From: Amphiscolops sp. MND2022
Lineage: Eukaryota
DNA: 64,000 nucleotides
NCBI GenBank assembly: GCA_964187785.1
Contig: OZ076409.1
Location: forward strand, 79,362,001-79,426,000
Direction of reading: 5' to 3'
Shown here: in pieces, positions 1-11,200 of the stretch
Position numbering within the stretch: position 1 is the stretch's first letter
Layout of the letters: the number at the start of each line of letters is the position of its first letter
Made by a program: the position numbers and the translations under genes
Notes under the pieces: model-generated
Seen by the model: only the letters and a program-made list of their open reading frames with translations
Told to the model about the DNA's origin: nothing
Databases searched by the model: none

Positions 1-1814
1 AGAAGGGAGGAAAATATCCCGGTGCTTAGCGGGCGTCTTGTTTTATATTGGTTCATAGACAAAAAGGACAGGAACTTCTGTTTTCGCACCTTCTCCTAAG
101 TGAAACGCAATATAGTTCAGCTATAACGTTAAAAATTTGGTAATAGCGCTTTACTCCGGATATTATGTCAAAATTTCGGTTAGTACTGAAAAAATTAATT
201 TGTGTGTATATATTGAGAAAACTTAATTTCAGACGAAAAACTAGACGTCTGAAAAAGTCTCATAGTGCCGACAAACATAAAAGGCGAAACCCTTTGTGCT
301 TTTTCAAACTCCTGTTTGTTGAAAAATATCAAAACAATTTGAAGGGGGACCCTTCGGCGACACAATAAATTTTCAAAGAAAATCACAGAGTGCCGAAAAA
401 AAATGGCATGGTGACTCTTTAATCTCTTCCGGTTTTGCAAATGCACGAATAAAATTCTGGCTGAAAGAAGGACTCGAACCCGCTACCGCGGGTGCCCCTA
501 AACCGAATAAAGTTTGTACAAAAAAGTGGTACATGCAGGGTGAGCGCTGTGTTCTGACGAAAAACACTAGCAGCTGTAAAACTGTAATCTTTTTAAAGAA
601 AAGCGCCGACTAAAACAGTACAGTGACATTCAAAGAGACTTTGAAAAATCAAAATTTTTGTACGTTGCGTTCTTTGGTTCCACGTTTTGTTCCTTAAATT
701 TGACGACATTTGTCAACATTATGTAACAACAAGCTGCCGCCAACATGCCGTTGTGATCGTGGAGAACCCTTGTTGAACTTGCTTGAACTTTTTATATGTT
801 CTTTAAAGTTGCCAGCAACTTTTTCAATGATTTTCTTAGTCTCTTACGGAAACTTTAATGCGTTATTGTTTCCCTGTTGTCGTCAGCTTTTATCAAGCTG
901 CTTGAAAGAATCATCAAGGTTTTGGCGGCAATTTCAAGTCGTAAAGTTCTGCAAATTTTATAATGCCTCAGTTCTAATTTTAAATGCAGCTGAGACAATA
1001 ATAATTTTGCCATTTCAATGGAAATTAACCTCAATCACAATGTAAACAACAAAATAGCGTCAACTTCAGCGTCCTGTTTGAGAAGCGGTGATTAAATCGG
1101 ATGAGTATTTGGGAAATTAATGAGTGAATACAACGTGATCGTGTCCGTAAAGAGGAGGAAAATATTTTCAAATTTAATTGCAGTAGTGGAGATTGCAGTG
1201 TAATTCTACAAGATTTACAAACGGATGCATACTAAATTTTCTAGGTTTTATAAATAAAAATGCCTTGCATGCAGGCCTGCAGCATGTAGAAAGTTCAAGC
1301 AGTCTCAACTATGGAAGTCTAAAGCGATGGTGTTTTAATACACGGGACGGGCTCCTGTCTGCCAGTAGGTCCGTTTTGCTTCCCAATAGGTACTGTCCCG
1401 TGGAAACGGGGGTCCCGTTTCTTTGGATATCCTGCGGCCTGTCCTGTTACTGTTAAAGTCTGTTATTGGTTAAGACGACGGGCATTTTGCCTCTCCAGAA
1501 ATACAGTTCCGATAGCTTCTAAAAATACCAAGTGTGATAATCCTCACCTAGGCTCTCTGCATCAGACTCTTCGTCTGAATGTATAGTTACGTCTACATCT
1601 GATTCAGCTCGAAACAAAGGCTTTGCAGGATGTCTAAGATCTTTCATTTTAGAAGCCCTAAGAGGATAATCGTCATTTTCAGAATCAGAATTTCCAATGT
1701 TTGATGCGTGAACTCCATTAGACCTATCTATTTTGGATCCCGACGGTTGCTGATCTCTGTTTTCGTTAATTTCTGACCTTGGATTTGTTGCCGTAGAAGC
1801 GCTTTTGTTAGACT
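1..1814. repeat. Copy 1 of a near-identical local duplication (copy 2 at 2830-4643, offset 2829)
   Basis: Direct match with few SNPs; ORF track repeats at +2829 (165/2994, 710/3539, 1193/4022). Similarity ends after ...gttagact at 1814/4643. May extend left of the window. Confidence 0.95.
1533..1814 (-). mobile_element. 282-bp fragment of the LTR end of the large gypsy element, copied with its flank
   Basis: Matches 4362-4643 and is preceded by the same CCAAG target-site sequence (1528-1532). Confidence 0.9.
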
Positions 1815-2595
1815 GCTGATCAAAAAGTTTTTAAAACTTGGAATAATCTTGCAAGACTGTCGAGGTTTACAATGAAAACTCCACACAATGACCTAAACTG
1901 TAGATTTTATTAGGATGAATAAAAAGTGTCGTAAATCGATATTTTCGAGAAAAGCAAACTTGCCAATTGCGCTGTTTGTTTTCTGAAAATTTGCCATGTT
2001 CCAAAGTTATACCTTAATAATAGAAATTCTTCCGCCGAAGTTAACTAATAAAAACTTGGTTTAGTGGAATATTCATTAGTGGAGTGTTTCCGAAATTTTT
2101 TGAAAATGACTAAAATAACCCAAAAAGTCAAAAGCTCAAACCTCTTTCAAATTTTGACCTTTTCTGTGTAATTTTGTCCAGTTTTCGATTTCTTTCGTGG
2201 ATTACAAAATACACAGAGTTAAACGGCGAAAACAACTGACAATCAAGTATAACTCTTTGAAAAGAAATCTAGTTTTGTGTGAAACAAGATATCAAACTGA
2301 CCGCAAAAAAATAATCGAAAACTCCTAAAATTTGACAATTTTCTCGCAAGTTTTGTACAGTTTTTGAACGCTTCCGTCATGAAGTATTCAAACAATTCAC
2401 CAAAGAATTAGTTTTTCTGGAAATTACATCGGGACACCTTTGAGTGTCTGCGCTGTCGTCCGTTGAAGCTGTTGTTATTTTCCAACCCACATTTTCAATG
2501 GGGGAGGAAAATCATCATCTGTGTTGCGTTTTTTTCCAAATTCTGCCAGAACTCCACTTTGTACTACATACTCCACTTACTCAGTTCCTTCAAGG

Positions 2596-2638
2596 CTGAG
2601 TAGGGAGGCTGAGTAAGTTACTCAGCCTCCCTACTCAG
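2596..2638. repeat. Perfect 21-bp inverted repeat with 1-nt spacer
   Basis: CTGAGTAGGGAGGCTGAGTAA-G-TTACTCAGCCTCCCTACTCAG. Confidence 0.95.
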
Positions 2639-2685
2639 TCTCCCTACTGAGAGGAGGGAATAATATCTCAAGTAAAAAAAGGAAA

Positions 2686-2795
2686 AAGATCTAAGGGGAA
2701 GAAGATCTAAAATTTCAGGACGGGAATAAGATCTAAAGGGAATAAAATCTAAAATCACTATCTTTTAGATCTTATTCTCTAGATTCTATTCCCCC
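2686..2795. repeat. Short array of (GAATA)AGATCTAA direct repeats followed by inverted copies
   Basis: Four direct units, then ttttagatcttattc and tagattctattcccc; the same motif appears twice near 51695-51725. Confidence 0.75.
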
Positions 2796-2829
2796 TCCCA
2801 AAATAGCAATGGCTCAGTTGGTGAAGGCG

Positions 2830-4643
2830 AGAAGGGAGGAAAATATCCCGGTGCTTAGCGGGCGTCTTGTTTTATATTGGTTCATAGACAAAAAGGACAG
2901 GAACTTCTGTTTTCGCACCTTCTCCTAAGTGAAACGCAATATAGTTCAGCTATAACGTTAAAAATTTGGTAATAGCGCTTTACTCCGGATATTATGTCAA
3001 AATTTCGGTTAGTACTGAAAAAATTAATTTGTGTGTATATATTGAGAAAACTTAATTTCAGACGAAAAACTAGACGTCTGAAAAAGTCTCATAGTGCCGA
3101 CAAACATAAAAGGCGAAACCCTTTGTGCTTTTTCAAACTCCTGTTTGTTGAAAAATATCAAAACAATTTGAAGGGGGACCCTTCGGCGACACAATAAATT
3201 TTCAAAGAAAATCACAGAGTGCCGAAAAAAATTGGCATGGTGACTCTTTAATCTCTTCCGGTTTTGCAAATGCACGAATAAAATTCTGGCTGAAACAAGG
3301 ACTCGAACCCGCTACCGCGGGTGCCCCTAAACCGAATAAAGTTTGTACAAAAAAGTGGTACATGCAGGGTGAGCGCTGTGTTCTGACGAAAAACACTAGC
3401 AGCTGTAAAACTGTAATCTTTTTAAAGAAAAGCGCCGACTAAAACAGTACAGTGACATTCAAAGAGACTTTGAAAAATCAAAATTTTTGTACGTTGCGTT
3501 CTTTGGTTCCACGTTTTGTTCCTTAAATTTGACGACATTTGTCAACATTATGTAACAACAAGCTGCCGCCAACATGCCGTTGTGATCGTGGAGAACCCTT
3601 GTTGAACTTGCTTGAACTTTTTATATGTTCTTTAAAGTTGCCAGCAACTTTTTCAATGATTTTCTTAGTCTCTTACGGAAACTTTAATGCGTTATTGTTT
3701 CCCTGTTGTCGTCAGCTTTTATCAAGCTGCTTGAAAGAATCATCAAGGTTTTGGCGGCAATTTCAAGTCGTAAAGTTCTGCAAATTTTATAATGCCTCAG
3801 TTCCAATTTTAAATGCAGCTGAGACAATAATAATTTTGCCATTTCAATGGAAATTAACCTCAATCACAATGTAAACAACAAACTAGCGTCAACTTCAGCG
3901 TCCTGTTTGAGAAGCGGTGATTAAATCGGATGAGTATTTGGGAAATTAATGAGTGAATACAACGTGATCGTGTCCGTAAAGAGGAGGAAAATATTTTCAA
4001 ATTTAATTGCAGTAGTGGAGAATGCAGTGTAATTCTACAAGATTTACCAACGGATGCATACTGAATTTTCTAGGTTTTATAAATAAAAATGCCTTGCATG
4101 CAGGCCTGCAGCATGTAGAAAGTTCAAGCAGTCTCAACTATGGAAGTCTAAAGCGATGGTGTTTTAATACACGGGACGGGCTCCTGTCTGCCAGTAGGTC
4201 CGTTTTGCTTCCCAATAGGTACTGTCCCGTGGAAACGGGGGTCCCGTTTCTTTGGATATCCTGCGGCCTGTCCTGTTACTGTTAAAGTCTGTTATTGGTT
4301 AAGACGACGGGCATTTTGCCTCTCCAGAAATACAGTTCCGATAGCTTCTAAAAATACCAAGTGTGATAATCCTCACCTAGGCTCTCTGCATCAGACTCTT
4401 CGTCTGAATGTATAGTTACGTCTACATCTGATTCAGCTCGAAACAAAGGCTTTGCAGGATGTCTAAGATCTTTCATTTTAGAAGCCCTAAGAGGATAATC
4501 GTCATTTTCAGAATCAGAATTTCCAATGTTTGATGCGTGAACTCCATTAGACCTATCTATTTTGGATCCCGACGGTTGCTGATCTCTGTTTTCGTTAATT
4601 TCTGACCTTGGATTTGTTGCCGTAGAAGCGCTTTTGTTAGACT
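2830..4643. repeat. Copy 2 of local duplication (runs into the real 3' LTR)
   Basis: Near-identical to 1-1814. Confidence 0.95.
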
Positions 4644-5888
4644 TTATCTCTTTTAAGATTGTTTCCAGTTTGTTTTCCATCTCTTCTCTCATTTTTCAAT
4701 TCGATCATTATTCTTTTGTTCCATAATTTGGGTCCAGGCTTGAATTTCATTACTAACTACACTGGGTTCGATCAACTGGCCCTCTGAATTGTTTTCACCT
4801 AAATTTTCTTGAACAACCGTATTAGAATTAGTTAAAGTCTCATTACCTGTAATGGGTATTCCTACTTGAGTTACTTCCACTTCTCTTTCTGGGGAAGGAG
4901 TCTCTAATCTCCTAGATCGTCTATTGCGTTTGTTTCCCATATTGCTTTGGGTGAAAATGGTTTTTGGCTTTTGGGGAAGAATTTGAATTATCTTGTCTAT
5001 TTGAAATAACAAGACACTAGAGTATCAGCAAATTACCAAAAGGTTTACAGATGTTTGAAGAAGCAACTGCACTTGTTGACAGTTCAGGATTGAATGAATT
5101 CTCCTTCAGTTTTTAGAATGAAATAGCTCCAAAAATACCATGACACTCATTTTTACTGCAATCATTATTTGGAAAAGACAAAAATAGGATTACGTCAGGG
5201 TAACGTCATTCTATTTATAGCATCAGCTGAATTGCATCACGTTCTAAGTATATTTAAGGAAAGGACAAGGGAAAACCCTGGAAATTACCTAGAATGCGAT
5301 ATAAAATACATTAAAGATGGTTTCCAAATAGCATTACTTCAGCTTCCAAAGCTATATAGAAGGTCCTGCTAAAACCGCATAATGACGAGTATACGTCACT
5401 ACACAATCCGCAGAATACCGCATAGTGTTTCTGCAAAAAAAAAACGTATAGTGACGAGTATGCGTCACTCCTCGAACTGTAGGGTGCCGCATAGTGAATC
5501 TTGACAAAAACGCATAATGACGAGTATGCGGTACTGCTCGAACCGCAGACTGACGCATAGTCGTCAGCACAAAATGGTATTTAAACTAAATTGGGCTAAA
5601 TAAGAATCAATGTTACGTAACATATTGCTCATCAACACGTGTTTCCTTTACTCTAACTCGGGTTTTATGCAATTGTTTGCTCTCAATGACATGTAAAACT
5701 AGGCCCTTTTCACATTAAATTGTACAAGTTATTTACATGACTTTCGAAAAAGAGAAAAGGCAAAATGAAAACAAATAAAACAAAATGTTTATTGTGAAAG
5801 TTTCACAGTTTTCAGACGATGGTCAGACACACTGTTCGCTTCAACTACTGTTGCTCTCCGGATCCCACGCAAGTTCTGGGTTGCGACA
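4362..5888 (-). repeat. 3' LTR (1527 bp)
   Basis: Near-identical to 27782-29308; TG/CA termini; TSD adjacent. No convincing polypurine tract immediately upstream. Confidence 0.93.
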
Positions 5889-6882
5889 GTCCTGCATTTT
5901 TGAACGTGAACAGGGCTGCCTCAAATCCATCGATGAAAGCTCGTGACCTTACATTGCGATCTCTCACAGTTTCCGCTTCATACGCTGTTGCGAGGAGGTA
6001 CTCCCCGAGAATCTCCAACCCGATTTGATCATACGTCCTGCCACACCAGTCGCAAAAACCAGCGATGTTGGGCATCACAGTGGGGGACAGGCGATATGCG
6101 TCTCTCTCTCTGGGGGGCAACAACAGGAAACTTGTACTGTGGCTAGTTTGTACTGTAAATCCATAGCGTGCTTGTTGTTGGGCATGCAAACCTCCTGGGC
6201 TGGCTATGAAATTGGGTGCGTTCTGTGGAATTTGGATCATCATTGGGACGACGTTCTGCTGTAGTGGCATACTAATAAAAGGAAAATTTGGGTTGGCAAT
6301 AATTGGTCTGTTTTGATAGACACTGTTCCCAGAACCAGGATTCACTGGTTGTACTTCCTGTATGTCATTTCTTGTTAGGTCAAAGTTGCTCGTTTGAGGC
6401 AAGTAACCAGGTGGGTATGTCGGCACAGGACAGGTAACCGTTCCTCTGCCCCTACCAAGACCCCTTGGAGTCGGTAAAATTGAGGCGGTCGGACGGCCAT
6501 AGCTATTCGCAGGCATGCTTCCACTCATTTCCAGTTCATCTGGGGACTCTGGGGATTCTTCGAATTCTGTATCTATAAACGATGGTGGCGAGACTGAACC
6601 ATTGCTCGAGTGTTCCTCCACCAGTTCCATCAGTTGTCTTTCGATCTGTGATCCATCAGTATCAATGACCTCCTCAGTTTGGTAGGGAATCGAAAAGGAG
6701 GGAAACAGTGTTGCGGCGGCTGCGCCCACAAAGGCTGACATGGCATCTGAGGAAGGGCCTCCCACTCGGAATCTCTCGTCCAGAGCTTGAACATTTCCTG
6801 GATCCACCATAAACTCTTCCCCGGACTCACTGGAAACGTCGATAACTGAGGGCGAAGAGATCTCGTCTATGTTGGTTTGCAT
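5845..6882 (-). CDS. Accessory ORF-A, 345 aa, unknown function, at the env position but not env-like
   Basis: Uninterrupted ATG ORF ending 44 nt inside the 3' LTR; acidic, Ser/Pro-rich N-terminus; C-terminal CDWC motif and helical-looking segment; no evident signal peptide or TM helix. Confidence 0.7.
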   Translation of the reverse strand: MQTNIDEISSPSVIDVSSESGEEFMVDPGNVQALDERFRVGGPSSDAMSAFVGAAAATLFPSFSIPYQTEEVIDTDGSQIERQLMELVEEHSSNGSVSPPSFIDTEFEESPESPDELEMSGSMPANSYGRPTASILPTPRGLGRGRGTVTCPVPTYPPGYLPQTSNFDLTRNDIQEVQPVNPGSGNSVYQNRPIIANPNFPFISMPLQQNVVPMMIQIPQNAPNFIASPGGLHAQQQARYGFTVQTSHSTSFLLLPPRERDAYRLSPTVMPNIAGFCDWCGRTYDQIGLEILGEYLLATAYEAETVRDRNVRSRAFIDGFEAALFTFKNAGLSQPRTCVGSGEQQ

Positions 6883-7724
6883 TCTTTTGTTTTATTGTTG
6901 GGTTCTACTGTAGTGTATTTTTTAGAGAAAGTTCTCACAAACTTATTTGGAGTGAAAGAGCTGCTGAATGTGAATTGAATTGAAAACCATATGGTGATCT
7001 CTCTTCTCTTTCCTTCTGACTTTGGAGGAAAACCCGCGGAAAAATTGCCTGTCATGTTCTGATCCTTTAACTTCCCTTATAAGGGTTTTATAGAGGATAG
7101 GTTTTCGGGTTTCATCCATAATAAGTTGTAAACAATTTCCATAAAAGGTGTTTCAGTTAACGCTCCAACGGATCATCAGTCATCATCAAAGCTTACAGTT
7201 TTCCTCTGATATTCAAATGATATATAAACAAATTCATCCTAACTTCAAAGTAACTAGCTAAGAAATATTTTCATGGAAGTATTCATTTAAACAGTTCAGA
7301 ATTAAATATATTTAATCCTTCATGACTAGGTAAACATGAAAATAGAAAATATTAACGTGAATGTTTCATTTCAAGTTCAGATTATTACAGGATCAAAGTT
7401 TATTTTTAAGGAAAAACATAGTTTAATCTCGGTCCTGCATTTTGAAAAATGCAACAGGGTTAGCAATAGTGCAAATAAGTTTACATGTTTATTGGTAAAT
7501 CCATTTAGGAAAACTTGCAAAGGGTACCAGCAGTCTAGACTTTTGAAAACATATTAAAATCAAAAGAGCATCAGTGTCGTATTCACACGTTAATAGTATC
7601 ACATGTGTTTTGTCATTAAGAATATGTAGTTTCTTCGTCATATTGCATAATACCATTCATTCATACGCTTCTAATCATTGACAATATTAATCCACTCCTT
7701 TGGAATGCATACAGCGAAAACTGC

Positions 7725-7870
7725 AGGATGCCGAGTATGCGTCATTACTCGATCCGCATACTGCCGCATAGTCCTTGCCTGCAATTCCGCATACTGCCGC
7801 ATACTCGTCACTGCAATTCCGCATACTGCCGTATACTCGCTGTTAGTCGATCCGCATACTGCCGTATGCT
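7725..7870. repeat. 32-33-bp tandem array (CCGCATACTGCCG core) between divergent accessory genes
   Basis: Core starts at 7754, 7787, 7819, 7852; second copy at +8926. Confidence 0.9.
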
Positions 7871-8236
7871 CTAGCATATAAACCATTCCAATTTGGTTCG
7901 TATTAGCGTATTTGCATGTATTCTCTCATCCAGAATCCACAATGAGTCAATCAATCACGCTGGCGGACGAAATTGACATTTAATTAACCAATCAGATTAT
8001 AGTATTCTCTTGCACATTTGCGCAAACTTGCATCATTTGCTCTTTGCCTTCTTTTACGCCACGCCTTCTTACGTATATTGCATTTTCAGTCAACTTATTG
8101 TTAATTTCCTTGTTTAGTCTTTAGTCGTAGTTCACACATACAGAAGCAGTTCATCCATATCTTCCCCGACTTCCTTACATAACATTTCCAGCAGGAAAAT
8201 TTCAAATTCGCATAATTTCATTACTCTTTTGGGATA

Positions 8237-11200
8237 ATGGATTCTACACCTGGCGGGTCAGGTTCTTCAGGCAAACGAAGATCCAGAAAAGATCAATCGC
8301 CACATCACCGCGACGACTTTTGGAGTGATTTACCTCTCAATCCGATGTCCGGTAAGCTCAACTCATTTGTTTTGATTTGGTTCATTTTGATTCAGATTTG
8401 AGACTTTTTGGTTTTTTGCAAAGCTGGCCAGGCTTGCAACTTGAAAATGGCTAGCGAAAATGTCTAGTCCAAATTCGGGTTTTTTGAAACGTTTCCGCTT
8501 CGAACTTCTAAGCTACTTCCGTTCTACTTTCATTTCCTGTCCCCGCGTCCGGTTTCAGGCATTTTCAAACGTGTTTCGCTTGCTAGATCAGATCCACTTC
8601 CTTCTTTCATTAGGTAATAGATCATTGTTTTAGTTGAACTCTGGACTTCTCGGACTTCACCAGAAAAATCGCCTCACAAAACTGCCGCCACTTCAGAAAA
8701 ATCTCCTTCTGTAAAGACGCCTGACAAAGTGTTTACCCCACTAGGAGTAGCTTCGCCTAGAACAGCCAGTCTCCAAGTTCCCTTTGTGTCTCCTAGTGCT
8801 CAACCTCTCAGCATTGACGAGGGTATAGAATTAGTAACTACCCCTGCATCTGTGAATCGTGAAGAGAACTGCTCAGCACAGGAACCCAAACAGAGAGCTG
8901 AATTACACTCCCCAGATAGACGCTTCAATCTTGGTGAAACAGCTGCAACTACCCCCACCACTAACATGGGCGATTTTAATCCAGTATTACAGCATGACTT
9001 TACCGGGACTTATCCTGCCCCCTAAATTGCCCAGGCTTCTCCTTTCCAACTCGGGCAGTATTTGACTCCAACTTTACTTGATGACGCTACGGGGGAAAAT
9101 CCCACTCTACTCGATGACCCCGCCAATCATGAGATTGGAAATCTTGGACTTCAAGAAACCACCCGCACTGCTCCTACTGAAGGGGACTTTACTGGCGTTG
9201 CCTATCCCAGCCTTAACGTCACTCGGCAGGAGATTCTGACACTAAGTAGTGTCTTAGAACGAATCCCACAGAACTTCATGTCCGGCGAAGGGGTAGATGC
9301 TAATCAGCCCTTATCGCTAACTGTCGTGGATCACACTCTGGATCCTACACTCCTAGCTACATCAAGTCAGGAAGACCTTCCCGGACCCTCATCGTCCAGA
9401 CCTCTGTCATCTGAAGGGCATGAAAGGCAACAGACAACACATGGCAAGAGGAGGAGACCTAGGTACTCACTGACAGTCAGTATGCTCAGGAAACATCCAG
9501 TACTTAAATTTTCCGCAACCGGTCCTCTGGATGCTGAGAAAACACCTTACAAGTGGTGGTGTAGAGTATGTAGGACGGAACTATCGCTGATGAGCCGGGG
9601 ACCGTTGGAATTAATTTCGCATTACCGTTCAGACACTCATTTGACGAAAGAACACCGAATTCGCATGGAAATTCCTGGCACCCCACTGTTTGACAAGGAT
9701 GGGAAGGAAATTCTAGGGATTGCCCTTCAGGAAGCAAAGAAGGTGGCTAGAGACTCCCACCCAATTGCTCCCCAATTGGACTCACGTCATCCTTTGGTCG
9801 GCCAATCTGCTGTACCTGCACTAGGAGTCGTATCTAGTCCGACCGACAAAGTCCTCTTTCAAATCGCCGTCTTGGAACATGGACTCAGACATGGGGGTCA
9901 CATTAAGAGCCTCACAGGGATCTACGAGGAATTGTCTCGACTGATGTCCAATGACCAATCGACCACCCAAAATTGGAGTGAGGAACGAGTGTTTGTAAGT
10001 ACTTTTCTCTACCTTGCTGATCTTAGTTAGCATTCCCTTACTAGGTTGTTATTCATGCTATGTTTTTTCAACAGGGAATTCTCGTGTACATGTTCAGAGA
10101 ATTGATGAACTACTGCGTTACCATGACCACTTCTTCTGGGGCATATTCACTAGCAGTACAGCATTCACCAACCCATTCCTTTGTGATTTTATCATTCTGG
10201 TCGGGGAATGTCTTTCACCGTGTCTGCTTAGGCAGTTCTCCTCGAGGACTATTACTCCCCCGGAGGATTCTTAATTTGATTGCCTCTTTCCTCAGCCTTT
10301 TTGACGTTCCCCCTTCGTGTATTGCACTTATTGGGGTTGGAGACAAGTTAGATGATTGCTTGTCAAACACTTTATCAGGCTCAAAAAGACCATGTATTGT
10401 CAATACTTATGGGACTACCGACCTCGAAGTTAGTTTAACACTGCCGACAGTCCAAATAATTGAACGTCACGATTTTCGCACAATTTTGGACTTACTCCTC
10501 ATGAAATTGAGGACTGCACTTGACCGTGACTGGTTGCAGAGCTTGCCTACCCTTCATAAGGTATTTCTCACTCTTGGCTGTTTTCAATTTTGTTTCACAC
10601 AATCTTAAAGTCTCTCGTTTCAGTGTGTAATTCGCCTCGAGTACTCATTAGATGAAGCATCAGTTATCATTGAAGAATTGTCAAACCATTGGGATCGTGT
10701 TCGGGAGCATTTGAACCAGGTAGCAAGACTCCCAGTATACCGATTCCACATGAGAGAGGTTATTACACTTCCCAATAATCCCATTTCTTTGGAATTACTT
10801 TGTTACTCAATATATTTTCTCTTATTTCAGTCGAACACTCTCGACGAATGTTTCCGCTTGGATACAGCCTATTTAGCCAGACTCTTCATCATCAGATGCG
10901 TGTTAGACCACTGTTAGTTGCTCCACATCTTCTGATAAAGTATTGTAGTATCATTTGTTACCGGTTTTTAAATTTTCTGTTCAATCATTTTGTAATTCGT
11001 GCCTTCCCGTTTCGAAATAGGAGCCGTGAGGTCGTAATTTATCCATTCTTCCAGTCGTTTACTGTAGCACATGCATTTGCTTTCAATTTTGTAACAATGA
11101 TGAATAGTCATCGTATCTCCATTCGCATATTTGCGTATAATCATTTGTATATGCCAAAGGTAGTAGCATATAATCGTCACTGCTATTTCCGCATAGTGAC

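Larger units (their letters stand above)
2476..2873 (+). mobile_element. Putative non-autonomous Helentron-associated (HINE/DINE-1-like) element
   Basis: 5' TATTTTCC.. subterminal repeat with adjacent partial inverted repeat; 3' GGGAGGAAAATA followed by a CCCG..CGGG stem-loop, CGTCTTG and a T run. Same architecture as 45672-46610. The 3' end is also seen at 5-45. Confidence 0.5.

Noticed and set aside
165..1456. Short ORFs in the duplicated flank
   Set aside because: No recognisable motifs; they recur only because of the duplication.
5889..5905. Polypurine tract of the large element
   Set aside because: The sequence before the 3' LTR (AAAAATGCAGGAC) is not a clean purine run and lies in ORF-A coding sequence.
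5845..6882. ORF-A as an env gene
   Set aside because: No signal peptide, transmembrane helix or fusion-peptide-like segment is visible.
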